Below, one piece after another: positions 50,585-63,252 of a stretch of 64,000 bases of DNA. Position 1 is the first letter of the stretch; every line of letters begins with the position of its first letter. Position numbers and translations under genes: made by a program. The notes beneath the pieces are model-generated. The model was not told where the DNA came from. It searched no databases and was given only the letters and a program-made list of their open reading frames with translations. Origin of the DNA: Balanoglossus misakiensis (taxonomy: Eukaryota > Animalia > Hemichordata); the NCBI GenBank assembly GCA_040954595.2, contig CM082584.2:792281-856280 (forward strand), given 5' to 3'.

Positions 50585-53035
50585 TTTTTTATCTCCACTA
50601 ACTGCCAACACACTGTCCAATTGCACATTCACTCACTGACATATTCAACTAACACACCAGTTTCTTTATTTCAAAAAGTACACAGTAAAACATCACAAAT
50701 GACAAGACAGGGGTATCAGGAATCACACAAATCATACTCAATGTTTTACTGAAGCCATTGCTGTAAGATTGCTGTAAGTAATGGCACTATTCAATGGTGT
50801 TAACACCACATAGCACAATGATGTACTGCACACATTCAAGTCACATACCTTTTTGAAGTATTAATAAACACTGATTCTATGAACTGTTAAAATTATTTTT
50901 TCTTACATCATCCCTGAATACCAAATTTCAAACAAATTAGGCTAGTGCTTTCACATGTTAACACACAATGCATGGCACTGGACAATCATCCTATCCGATC
51001 TGAAACCTCAGTGTCACTTACCACAAAACTAAACACGTTATCTACAAATGATTTACGAAACTAATTCGTACACGACACAATACACATTTGAGTGTGTTGA
51101 TCTCTTAGTTTGTACATGATACTTTGCACTGATGTACACCAACACTCACCTTGAGAACTCTTTGGTAGCCAAAACTGTCAAGAAAATAAACAAAACTTTT
51201 AAATTAAATCATTAAGTATAATTGTGTATTTAAAGAAGTACATCAAGATATACACTTGCCTGCATAACACACACCTCTCAATAGCCATAATGTATCAATG
51301 TCGAGATGACATCACTCCAAGTACAAGATAGCGAATGATGATTTTTTTACAATAACCCCACTACTTAAACAGGACAACAAATTACAATGAATTCACTATC
51401 AACCTTGTGATATTCAGAAAATCAATTCTTGGTCACATAAATTGTCCTGTCCACAAAATGGTTTCATGGCATCAAAATATGTTAACAAGTCAACTCTACT
51501 TTTCATGCTCCAACCAGATTTCATTGTCTATGTTTTTAACATGCCTGTCACGACTAGAAAGCATACACACTAAACAGAGTGGTCACCAGCATAATTTGGC
51601 CAATTCTATGCTTGTCCTCACATTCTTACGAACAATTCAAATGTCAAATTATCTAGCAATGTTTCTGTTATGTACTCACACAGATTGTTCCATATTTGAA
51701 GCAAATAATTATCAAAAACAAATTGATTACCCTGATATAAATTCCAATGAAAACCTTAAGGCTTTTGGTCATGTAAACATACAATATTAACAGAAAAAAT
51801 AATGGAAAATACAATCCATTTTTACTACTGTTTATTTTTTGACAAATACATATAAGAGACATGGAAACTATTGAAGTACACATCCCAAAATAATATCCTA
51901 CCACTGCTTGTACGTTTCATACACACGATACAAGACCGATCGCCCGAATTCAGCAGATTCGCTTGCCTAAAACCGTTTCTAAATAATCATATGTACCTGT
52001 ATACACTCCAAAAATAAGCTTAATTTCAACTTGTATGGAATGAAATAGAAACTCCGATGTACCCAGCCTCTGATGTTTCTATTCCTTCAAGCAAACTTCA
52101 CCATCTTAACATATATACAATTTGCCAAAACATGCATACAAACGAAACCCTTTCAGTATATAACGACAACCGCCATATTGGATGTCGCTCGACACGAAAA
52201 TAAAATACGCCTGACAAAACTGCCATCGCCTCATACACAATTAAAATCACACTACCATTGGATAAAACACAACTACATAACCAATACCATCAACTCTTAC
52301 ACGTTCAAACCACCGATTCTGTCATTTATACTCATTTAAAAATAACCACGAGAATATACACATATCCCACTAACCTATATTCAGCTGCTGAACAACAAGA
52401 GCACTTGATTCGTTTTCGGATGTGACTACGTGCAACAACATACGCATCACCATCACATTCGCGTTGGGATTCAAGACAGTTTCAATATCTCAAGAAGCAA
52501 TACAACGAGAAGACCTTCTCGGGATTTTATGCACATCCTGTTGGATATCGCTGCCAAATGTCTACAGATGATAAAACATGATACCAGAATGTTGTATTGG
52601 GGACAACCATCAAATGTTCCCGTGCCAGCACCCTCTATATTCTAGAAACCCTGGTATATCTCAAGAAACATTACCATTTTTAATTATTTTTAAAAGCAAA
52701 AGTAAGTTGTCATTTTATTTGTACAATTATTTCTCTATATTAAACAAGTATACATAAACACTAAAACATGTTTTGCCATGTTAACATAAATTTATGACCA
52801 TTTTAAAATACTATATAGCTTATATTTATTAAAGTACAAATTCGGATGTTTTTCATTTTTAACCATTTCCACAATCAAAATAAAAAAAAAAATCGCATTA
52901 ATAGTAGATTGGGTTATATTGGATATCATTATGTAAAACTGAAGAGTCACTATGGCATGGAAACTACTGAGATATGTGGTAGAAAACCAAAATGCCCAAC
53001 AAATATACACAGTGTGTGTTGTGTGTTAGATAGGT

Positions 53036-53056
53036 ACATACATGCATGCATGCATG

Positions 53057-53088
<32 letters not shown>

Positions 53089-53095
53089 CATACAT

Positions 53096-53177
<82 letters not shown>

Positions 53178-53236
53178 CACACATACATACATACATACAT
53201 ACATACATACATACATACATACATACATACATACAT
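53036..53236 (+). repeat. Compound (TACA)n(CA)n(TACA)n microsatellite
   Basis: Direct reading. Confidence 0.98.
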
Positions 53237-55002
53237 GCGCCCTGTATTGACCAAATACCGTCGTGCAAGCTCATGTACAAGCTATTTCTTTATGCCTGAA
53301 CAAAAATTGACCAAATTCTACTGTTTATTATGATTCATTCTTCGAAACAATTCATCTTCTTGCCATATTTTATTTGTTCATATAACACATTTTGAAGAAA
53401 AGTTGTACAAAGACTACAATATACTAATGGGCTATATTCTCAAAACAGATATATTACCACAAATACTACTAGGGATTGTGTAGTGGTTTCTTTCTCACTA
53501 TAAGACATATGATATCTGATATCAACCATACAAACAATATCAATCTTTTTACACACATACATACATTCATACTTACACAAAAAGCATAAAACACCAATTT
53601 ATTTTATATAGCCTTATATTAATTTATTTCAATTGTGAAAATAGACACACATACAAAAAAGAACAGAAAAACAATCACAGTATCTGGTTTATGAAATAAA
53701 AAAGACCAAACAAGCAATTGCTTCCGAAATAACATATTCCACATTCTGTCACAAATTGAGCAAATTCCAGTAAAATCAACCCCAAGGACCTACACACTAA
53801 ATTTCAAAGTAATTGTACAAAGAATTTAACTAAACACAACTAAAATTGATCAAAAATTACACATTTCACCACAATTTACATAAACTCTACCAACTTCACC
53901 CTAGGAACCTGCATACTAAATTTCAAAGTAATTGGCCCCGTGGTTTCAGTAAAGAAAAGTGACAGACAGTGACACCACTCACCCAATAAGACAATCACCC
54001 AATCTAATAAGCTCAACATAACTGACAACACAGCTAAACAGTTCACCGACAATATAAATACAATTGTGTACATTTCACAAATGACAATATTAGCCTTTTA
54101 GTCACCTCTGACTCTAATGTAAAGTACATTATGGTAACTGTTCATTGAAATGTTTCTGGGAAATGTTTACTAAGGCTATTTAATATCTTCTATTTTTTTT
54201 TTATAACACATGGTTTCTCTTGCAATTCGTCTTCCAGTAAACAGGATAAACTTTCTACACCATTACACTTATATGCTACTGCCAAATGGAAGTAATCTAA
54301 TCCGGTAGTAGCTATAAAGCAGCATTGTCAGGGCCCAAGCAACATGATGAAAAAAGGTGAAAGCACACGTTATAGTTACTCAAACTTTTACCAGAAAATT
54401 TTGATAGATCATATTGGTTCACGTCCAAGCAAATCGGACTTCTAACCATATTGGTTAGCTTACAATTTGATAAGTATATAAATTAAAGGGACCCTTTTCC
54501 ATTAATTATGTTTGATGCAAGACACCATTTATGTTAATGTACATGTGGATATATAGTGAATCAACATTCAACAACACACACTGCTTGTAGTCACGAGAGT
54601 GAAAAATCTTGCCAAAATGAATAATTGGTCTTTACCATTTATTCATTTTGGGCGAGTTTTTACTGTCATATCCTACAAACGGGATGGAAGCTGTGTGTGG
54701 TCGAACGTTGATTCACTATATATCCACATTAACAGTCTCTTGTATCACACATAATTATTAAAAAAGGGCAGCAAAGAGACTTTCTGCCTTTAATAAGCTA
54801 ATAAAAGTGTTAGACTGCATTGGCTGCTCTATAATACCATATAGCAATGCAGTAACTCCTGTGGATGCCAATTTCTGACTCTCTGTTATTTCTCACATGC
54901 ATTTGTGAATTTTTATTGAAATAAAAAAACTGGTGTGTTGAATATGTCAGTGAGTGAATGTGCAATTGGACAGTGTGTTGGCAGTTAGTGGAGATAAAAC
55001 AA

Positions 55003-55074
55003 TCCTCATGGTGTAATGGTTAACACACTTGTCACTTTGTGATAAGGGATCCTGGTTCGATTCCTGGTGAGGAT
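55003..55074 (+). tRNA. tRNA-like (Gln-related) pseudogene or SINE head, inverted copy
   Basis: TCCTCAT/GTGAGGA acceptor stem, GTGT/ACAC D stem, CTTGT/ATAAG anticodon stem and GGTTCGATTCC B box. Confidence 0.55.
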
Positions 55075-55109
55075 GATAAAAAAAGGAGTCCATTTGCTGT
55101 GTGTTTTCC

Positions 55110-55510
55110 ATGTATGTATGCATGTATGTATGCATGCATGTATGTATGCATGTATGTATGCATGTATGTATGCATGCATGTATGCATGCATGTATGTATG
55201 TATGTATGTATGTATGTATGTATGTATGTATGTATGTATGTATGTATGTATGCATGCATGCATGCATGTATGCATGCATGCATGCATGTATGCATGCATG
55301 CATGTATGTATGCATGTATGTATGCATGTATGTATGCATGCATGTATGCATGTATGTATGCATGTATGTATGCATGTATGCATGCATGTATGCATGTATG
55401 CATGTATGTATGTATGCATGTATGCATGCATGTATGTATGTATGCATGTATGTATGTATGTATGTATGTATGTATGTATGTATGTATGTATGTATGTATG
55501 TATGTATGTA
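55110..55510 (+). repeat. (TATG/CATG)n microsatellite
   Basis: Direct reading. It generates the spurious MYVC/HTYI ORFs. Confidence 0.98.
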
Positions 55511-55625
55511 CCTATCTAACACACAACACACACTGTGTATATTTAATTCCACAATGCTTGATACTAAAACTGTCCACAAAAAAACATTTGTTTATAACCC
55601 CTAAGTGCTTGTCTTCCACACTTAC

Positions 55626-55796
55626 CTTCTCTTGGCATTTTTTTCCACAGATGATGCAATACTGCTCGTCTCTTCATCCTGGTCTCTTGCGCTCCCCTTT
55701 TTACTCTCCCTGAATGCTGACAACACGTACCGTCTCATTGTTCAGTGGATATGCCTTGCTGTCATCTGCATCTGCTCCCTCAGTACCCCCTTCTCC
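55626..55796 (-). pseudogene. Isolated decayed exon with a CxxC motif
   Basis: AG/GTAAGT bounded, 171 nt: GEGGTEGADADDSKAYPLNNETVRVVSIQGE*KGERKRPG*RDEQYCIICGKKCQEK. Confidence 0.35.
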
Positions 55797-56695
55797 CTGG
55801 CACAATCATCCAAATACTATCGCAGAGGGCGCTATACTATATGACGATCAACACAATATCATTCAGATAATCTTTGCACAGTGGGTAAATTAAGCATTTG
55901 GTTTTTCACGAGACTTTCATCAGTTGTACTAAAATGAAATGTGTCTACACTATACAAATGACAATGGCCTTCTAATTCAGAGACGTTTGGAAGGACTAGT
56001 GAGCACATACAGCAAATCAGAAGGCCCAAAATGGCAAGGTTGCATGATTACTAATGGGAAACAAAGAATACACAGGGTATATTTAATTCCACAGAGTGCT
56101 TGATACTAAAATTATTGCTGTTTTACAATTGTGGCATTTACTGCTGATAATAAGGTTACCATAGATACAATTGGAATGAAACCGGACAGGGATAAACATA
56201 TAAAGGCTAGGTTAACCCCCCACCCCCTACCACAGAGGGCGCTATACCGATCATCAAGTCAGTACCATTGAAATAAATCTGTGCAGAGTGGGTAAATTAG
56301 GCATTTGGTTCTTCAGATTTTCATAAGTTGCACTAATATGCTATGTGGCCCACTACAAGGATAAATAAGTCAAAAATGGCAAATTTGATATTTACTTTGA
56401 GGTTGACATGGGGCAAAGGAGACAATACAAGAACACTGAAACTCAATTAGTGAAACACTAAAGTTGTACATGTACTTTATTTCTCTAACAAACTTAGAGA
56501 AAATTTACATGGCCATCTTTTTACTCAGAGAACTGATGTTGAAAAGAAAACAATGTTACATCATAAAATTGAAATCCTACATGTCACTAATTTCTGATTT
56601 TCACAAATGTTCATAAAAAAAACCTGTTCTCTGCAAACCTTACCCCCCCCTCCTATTGTCGGTGCTTCTAATGTAACTCTCAATTTTTCCCTAAG

Positions 56696-57020
56696 GTGTT
56701 AAAAGAACCAAATGGTGATGATATGGTAGAAGGGATATTTGAGGGAATAGACATAGATGAGTAAATATTAACTGCAGTACTTGCTTCCACCAATTTCCAA
56801 TCATTTTGTGTACATGTTCACGTCTCTGTGTCTTACCAATCACATTCTGTCCTTTTTATTTTTTTCTAGAAGTGGCATCTTCTGTGTCAGACGGCAAATA
56901 CTTACAGTGTCCCACCTTATGCCAGACCTTGGGTACAGAGGAGGCCATATTAGAAAACCTGCCAATGCATGTACACTACTCTATCAATCAAGAAATGCAA
57001 CAGTCACAAAGATTGAGTAA
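56696..57020 (+). pseudogene. OB-fold gene exons D (56696-56760) and E (56870-~57020)
   Basis: VLKEPNGDDMVEGIFEGIDIDE followed by GT, then TTTTTCTAG and a last exon ending VTKIE*. The upstream intron matches 45280-45435. Confidence 0.55.
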
Positions 57021-57301
57021 GTTAACTAAACCAAAGCAATCTCCACCCTGCAACTTCCCCAGCACTTACTATCTGCATGCAAGTTGTGAACTTTTAATTT
57101 AGTATTCATTACAGAAACATTTCAGTCCTACAATTCACATGCATCTTATTTTCGTCAACACCAACTTATACAAAATATGATTTAACCATCTTGTTCTCAT
57201 TTCTCTCCAATGTACAGAAAGCAGTAGCCTGGATGGATTTACAGAGAGAGAGGCTAGTACACGGCACTCATGTGGACATGCACTACCACATATCATATCT
57301 C

Positions 57302-57475
57302 AAGGGGACTTCGGTTGTCGCTGTAGTATTTAACCCAAGTTTAACTGTGACACCCACGTCCATACATGGCAAGGTTTTCTCTCCCAAAAGTTTCAGTTTG
57401 GCATCCCAGTTACCATCAGTTGCGCTTTCTCCATGCCTTCTAAGTTGAATGCGATTTACCATCACCGGATTCATA
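57302..57475 (-). pseudogene. Inverted copy of paralogous OB-fold exon C
   Basis: Reverse complement of 45088-45259. Confidence 0.8.
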
Positions 57476-57925
57476 CTGTGGTGCAAAGACAATTAAAAAC
57501 ATCGATTGTAAGTCATTTAGTAGTGATACCATTGTTACCAAACCTCGTTTTAAAATACATGTAATCTGTACTCGAAACTATCATTTTTTCTTTCTTTCTA
57601 GAATATGACTTGTAAGCGAGTGCCGCGTTTAAATTGATACTGAGAATAAACACCGCTAATCGACGATAAAATCAACGTATTTTCAAATGCAAGTGAACGC
57701 ATGGAGGCGGCCATATTGAATTTAGGTTACATCCCAAGACATTCCAACTGGGCTTCAGGTGGATTCGGGAAAGGTCTCTAAAACATAATCGGTCATCCAG
57801 TTTTGTATACTAAATTTCTAAAAATGTAGGACATGGGAGGTTAACATACCCACAATGACTACACACAAAAAAGGGCCCAGGCGTTTCGGGGTGCGATTGT
57901 TACGTACCTTAGCTCCATCATCTGC

Positions 57926-58163
57926 AACCAGCCAAGGCCTGGCTGTGAAATTGCGCGTCATGGAGGATGTCGAGATCCGGAATTCCGCCAACGGGAAACT
58001 GTTTAGCGTGCCTTGTATGCAGCACGATGGCAACGTTCTGGAACTTAAATTCTGGAAAGAAAATCCGAAGTGGCTGAACAGATTACAGAAGGGAGAATAC
58101 GTACAGCTCCGAAACTTTTCCACTGGAAGAGATAATACCATTTGCCTCTATGATAGAGCAAAG
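57926..58163 (+). pseudogene. Third copy of OB-fold exon A (inverted)
   Basis: ORF 57855-58235 contains VKLRVMEDVEIRNSANGKLFSVPC...CLYDRAK. It is immediately followed by a direct copy of 41360-41760 (58164-58566). Confidence 0.8.
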
Positions 58164-59435
58164 GCCGGGGATGCCATTACGCCGTTAAACCTGAAATATA
58201 GATTGAGAGTGGATATTGTTTTACACAATTTTTGAACATTGAAGTAAAGTATTAGAATGATGGAGTCCGATAGAAAAAGTGAGTTGGTAATTTCGGCATC
58301 CGACTTCGTTATTAAAATGGAAAGATTTGCGATTTGAGATTCGGTTACCATTTGGAAGTTTGAAAGGAAATATTTCATTCAAGTACAGTGGCAACTACTG
58401 GATTATGGAGAATATTTGAAATGTTGATGAACGGAGACCTATTAGAATCAATGAAAACCTACCTTTATTGGTGTTACGGTTACTACACCTGACAGACCGC
58501 TGGTCTGCGTCCGACCGATTTTGAGCGCCTAGCTCTTGTGGAGACATGCGGAGGTACAGCGGGTTTATTGGTTTTTCGTAAAACCATAGTTAAACTCCAA
58601 AAATCTTCTTCTCCAGAACGACCGATGACTGAGTCGCAAGATTCGGGGAGTATGGTCACTACACTGATGTCTATCAAGTTTGCAAAGAGCATTGTGATTG
58701 GTCGAAGATTATGGTGGCCATATTGGATTTTGTAAAAAACAGAGAAAAATTGAAATTCCTTTTTCTAGTCCAAAAATTGATAGCATACAAATTAATTTTA
58801 TGGATATCAATCGTCATGTGACTAAAATATATAACAATTTTTTGGCGATTTTTCACATGACCTTTGACCTAATTATCATGCGTTATTATTTCTGCATATC
58901 TAATTCCAGGCTAACCTATAGGGCTAGAGGTTTGGTTTTTGATGAATGTGGATTAGTGTGTGATCAAAATATTTTGCTACTTTTCATGACCCCTTTGACC
59001 TCTGCTGACCTCATTAATTATGCACCTACCTAATTACAGGCGAACCAATAGAGCTAGAGTTTTGGTTTTTGTTGGACATGGACCAGTATGGGTAAAAAAA
59101 AAATGCCCAAATGTTGGGTGACCTCAGGTGACCTTTGACCTACTTCACCCTATTTCAGCAGCAAAAATACACACATCCTTGTTATGTCATGAGATAATAC
59201 ATCCGATAGAAAATTCTGTTTCTTCTCATTCATACTGTGCATATATAATTCAAGATCAGCGCTTGGGCCCGACAATGCTGCTCGCAGCTTTAATTCTTCT
59301 TCTTCTTCTTCTTCCGAGAAATTCGGCCAGTTAGATCTGGAAAACCGCTGCACCTAGGGGGCTGAAACTTGGTAGGGTGATAGGGGCGAATGAGTAGACG
59401 TGCAGTGGCTCGTGAATATTTAATTAGTTTTTCAG

Positions 59436-59722
59436 CAGCTGTATGGTAATTCTTGGTCAAAGCTATGACGAAAATGGACTCCTTGACAACTATTTTAGCT
59501 TCCATGGTGATGTTACACAGATGAATGTATACGATTATGTATTGACTCCTGTTGAAATCCAGAGTCTGGCTTTGAACTGTTCACAAAGTCCACTTGGCAA
59601 TCATGTCATGTGGGTTGAAATGGATCAAGAGTTATTGGGTAGTGTGGTCAAAATCCAGCCATCAGCTTGTGGAAGTACCAGGTGCCCAATTGGTTACTCT
59701 GGTTCACCATGCACACCTGTTG
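59436..59722 (+). CDS. SVEP1-like gene exon: pentraxin/LamG C-terminal half plus EGF-like end
   Basis: VILGQ...SFHGDVTQMNVYDYVLTPVEIQSLALNC...GNHVMW...CPIGYSGSPC. AG/GT bounded, ends phase 1. Confidence 0.88.
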
Positions 59723-60066
59723 GTAAATAGCCTTATTCATTACTATCAAACAATTTTATGCATAATCTGACGAGGAGAAATTGGGTCATATTCACAGAGT
59801 TGATTAATCCTAAATCCTTACTTTAACACAGCTCTCCTTGTAATGTTATGTCTGTCCAGGGAAAACTGTGTGAAATTTTGAGTAATTTTTCCTGTGAACA
59901 TTCACCAGCCCCTAGCTGCTGTGTGTTGTACTCCAATCACACAGCCTGCAATCTCCCTACTTTAGGAAGTATAGGGAATCATCATCTGCCCATGCCTGTA
60001 TCGCTCACTCTTTTTGTTTCTACCGTACATGTATTTAACACTGAATGTAATGATACTATTCACAAC

Positions 60067-60161
60067 CACTATCACCATCATCATCATCATAATCATCATC
60101 ACCACCACCACCACCACCATCATCATCATCATCGTCATCATCATCACCATCATCATCATCA
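60067..60161 (+). repeat. Intronic (CAT/CAC)n microsatellite
   Basis: Direct reading. Confidence 0.95.
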
Positions 60162-60460
60162 GTTTCTGCTGTTCCAAGAACTAGGCTTATCATGAGTGTA
60201 ATTGATCATATCAGTTATTATGCCTATGGATACCATCTCATGACTCCTGTCCTATCTTGTAGTGTTTCTTGACAGTGATCTAGTCTATTCACATGTATCA
60301 GAAAACAAGCACTTAACAATATCTGGATTTCTCATGAATATGTGACAGATATTAACATCTAGTAGTGCATTTACCTAAATGTACCAGTGTATGCATATGG
60401 GGTGTGGACCAGTTGTTTAATTTACAAACATTTGTTATTCTTTCATTTTTTTTTCTTCAG

Positions 60461-60601
60461 ATAAACACGCTCCTGAAGTCATTTACTGTCCCAATACGAC
60501 CCGTATAATTAGTCCTAATAGCTTGACAACAGGAGTATGGCAGGAGCCTATATTTACAGATGATGTCGCCATTGCCAATGTGACACAAACCTACACAATG
60601 G
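60461..60601 (+). CDS. SVEP1-like gene exon: HYR domain N-half
   Basis: DKHAPEVIYCPNTTRIISPNSLTTGVWQEPIFTDDVAIANVTQTYTMG. Strong acceptor, GTAAGT donor, phase 1-1. Confidence 0.92.
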
Positions 60602-61305
60602 GTAAGTTTCCTATAAAATATCATTTCTGATTATAGATAATATATAACATTCACACTAACTAAGTTTTTTTTATCGGGGTGGGGTGGGGAGTTGATCTAA
60701 ACAGAAACCAACAAGCTGAGACAACTTTCCTAAGATTATTGTCAGTATGAAGCATACTGGTACAGTTTATTCTTGTGGCCGTTACTCATATATGGCTAGC
60801 ACATCCTATGTGCGACAGATGATCTTGCTTCCAAGTATTAAAGCCTCAATTGCTGATACTATTACCATATGTTTATAGGCCCTTTCCTCGATCCCAGGGC
60901 AGTACAATGAAGTTAAAACTCGAAAGCATTTGTGTTTGCACGTAATTGTTTATTGGAAACAAAAGATTTGACCAACTGTTGAGCAAGGCCTTTAATCAGT
61001 AAAGTACTTAATATTCTCCACTACTACTGGGGATACCCATACCACAAATGTTGTGTTCTCTTACAATGGGCAGTTGAATAAACGTGTGCGGCACCATATC
61101 TGTTTAGTATACATATCTTGTTCATGTTTATATGTACAGTCACAATCAGGAGTTGATAATATGCCTGTGTATACCCACCAGATAGCTCACTTAAATGGAC
61201 CATTCTAAGTTTGAATAGAAAATCATGACAAACATTCAAGAAACGGAAGCTATTTTGGCTTTAGCACCCATGCCTGTAATGATGTGCATAATTTTGTTCT
61301 TACAG

Positions 61306-61401
61306 GTGACACCTTTTCCTGGGGAACCTACCAGATCAGCTATGTTGCTTCAGATACAGCTGGCAACAATGCACAGTGCAACTTTTTACTCTATGTACTG
61401 C
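61306..61401 (+). CDS. SVEP1-like gene exon: HYR domain C-half
   Basis: GDTFSWGTYQISYVASDTAGNNAQCNFLLYVL. AG/GTGAGT, phase 1-1. Confidence 0.92.
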
Positions 61402-61498
61402 GTGAGTGAATTTTTTTATCATTCCTACATAAACTTTACAAATTAATTAATATCTTGACAAATTGTCATCTCTACCCCTTGTTATGTCTTGTCACATA

Positions 61499-61688
61499 CT
61501 GTAAAACGGGACATTTTCGTGACAGAAAATATTTTGCAATATATCAAAAGAGGCAACTGTGACACGAGAATTAAATTTCCGCATTCTAGTATTTTACTAA
61601 CTACTCTGTTATCTCTGAAAAACATTTTATGCGACTTTATCTTCTTCTTCTTTTTTGCCGAAGTTTGGGAAAATTTGCCGTTTTACAG
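61499..61688. mobile_element. Tc1/mariner-type MITE (TA TSD)
   Basis: TA-CTGTAAAACGG ... CCGTTTTACAG-TA. A related inverted copy ends at ~63751. Confidence 0.75.
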
Positions 61689-62399
61689 TAATATGATTGC
61701 ATCATTATCACTTTTGTCCCTATGTAACTATCAAAAATTATAACAACATCATTCAGAACATACAAGGACACTCAAACCCGTCTAAAACAAACCCTGTCTA
61801 ATCGGGAAACCTCTCTTCAACCAACAGCTTTTCCTAGTCCCTTTTACATAGAAACATGTTAATGTGTTGGTGTTCTGTTTAAAAGATTTGACTGTGTAAT
61901 AAATATGGGTGTCACACATACACCATTAAGACAGTTCTGAAGCATCTCAGAATTGATACTGTCTTAAAAAACATGTGTGGACGGTGTAAGTGGTCCTGAA
62001 ACGTCTCAGATTTTAGACGGCTCTGCCAGCCAGACCTGAGCCGGTGTAAGGATTAACACCTCTCCGCAACCCATTGTCTATGGGGCCGAGCCTCAGCGCC
62101 CATACATAAACTTTGTGTGTGTGGACACAACATGACTCAAAGGATTAATGCTCTGTGGTTAGCACTGGCAAATAGTGTCTCAAATTTTACCCTGTGTGAA
62201 CCTGGTAAAAGAGGCATTGTGCCCTAGTGGCTAGGGTTGTGGGTTCGTTACCTAGACCTGGACATTTGGGTAGTATTTGCCTGTTGGATGATATATGAGA
62301 CACAGACATTTGGGTAGTATTTGCCTGTTGGATGATAGATGAAATAAAATTAAAAATATATATATAGACAAATAAACTGTGTTCTCCTTTCTTTTACAT

Positions 62400-62600
62400 C
62401 ATTTGATTGTGAAAAGCCAGCACCACCAGTTAAAGGTATTTCCATCTGTAATGAGTTTGAGTCGGGTGTGTTCTGTCAGGTGGATTGTTTACCAGGGTAC
62501 AAGTTTGCAAGCCTGCCAGCACCTTACTATCTCTGCCATAGTGAAGGATCTTTTAATCCTGAGAATCCAGACGAGGAATTCACCTTCCATGGATGTTCAG
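62400..62600 (+). CDS. SVEP1-like gene exon: sushi/CCP-like domain (acceptor reads AT instead of AG)
   Basis: PFDCEKPAPPVKGISICNEFESGVFCQVDCLPGYKFASLPAPYYLCHSEGSFNPENPDEEFTFHGCS. 201 nt, phase 1-1, preceded by TTCTCCTTTCTTTTACAT. Confidence 0.85.
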
Positions 62601-62999
62601 GTGAGAAAAAAATGATTTGGTATCAGTAAAGAAATATAATCAGGTTGCACATGCACATTCAGAAAATTCTCCAAAGAGAGAGAGTTGTGAGAGGGGGTAT
62701 TCCAGCATTGAGACAATTTTCTTTTAGTTATAAATGAAAACAGAAATATGAGTAATGCAAATTCTTGCTTTACAGTATGTCAAGGTTGTGATTACAGGTA
62801 GATAATCTGTTAACATCATATCTGCTTACCCCAATATAAAGCTCCAGTACATTTGAGCTATTTTCTTAATATTTTGTTCTGGGTAAGCAGCTGTAACTTT
62901 CCTGATTGGCTAAGCGGTTTAGCAGTCTAAGTCAATACATCGTTCGCTAGATTGAAAATTGCATCTTTAACAAAATTTGTTTGTATTGTTCTACTGCAG

Positions 63000-63252
63000 C
63001 TCCTGGGAAGACTCAACGTGGAGTGAATTGTGGCGTGTCATACAATTCACAGGCTGGTACATGTAACAATGGTGTCATCCAGCAATTGAGGATCAGTTTT
63101 ATGAACACTATCAACTATCTGAATGATTTGTTTGGTATTTGTGGCGGTGAATGCAACTTTGATGACCTTGAAATAACCTGCGGCGCCTCAAACCGAAGAA
63201 AGAGACAGGCTGATACTCAGCTTGTGGTTCAGTTCAGTTTCACAACCAATGC
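63000..63252 (+). CDS. SVEP1-like gene exon with furin-type RRKR site
   Basis: APGKTQRGVNCGVSY...ITCGASNRRKRQADTQLVVQFSFTTNA. AG/GTGAGT, phase 1-2. Confidence 0.88.

Noticed and set aside
52846-55713. ORFs rich in MYVC/HTYI repeats (also at ~15061-15338 and 22394-22743)
   Set aside because: Translation artefacts of TACA/CA microsatellites.
59848-60195. Poly-His / poly-Met ORFs
   Set aside because: Intronic (CAT/CAC)n microsatellite between two real exons.
62215-62340. tRNA gene
   Set aside because: Only degenerate A/B-box-like words and no cloverleaf. At most a decayed SINE head.
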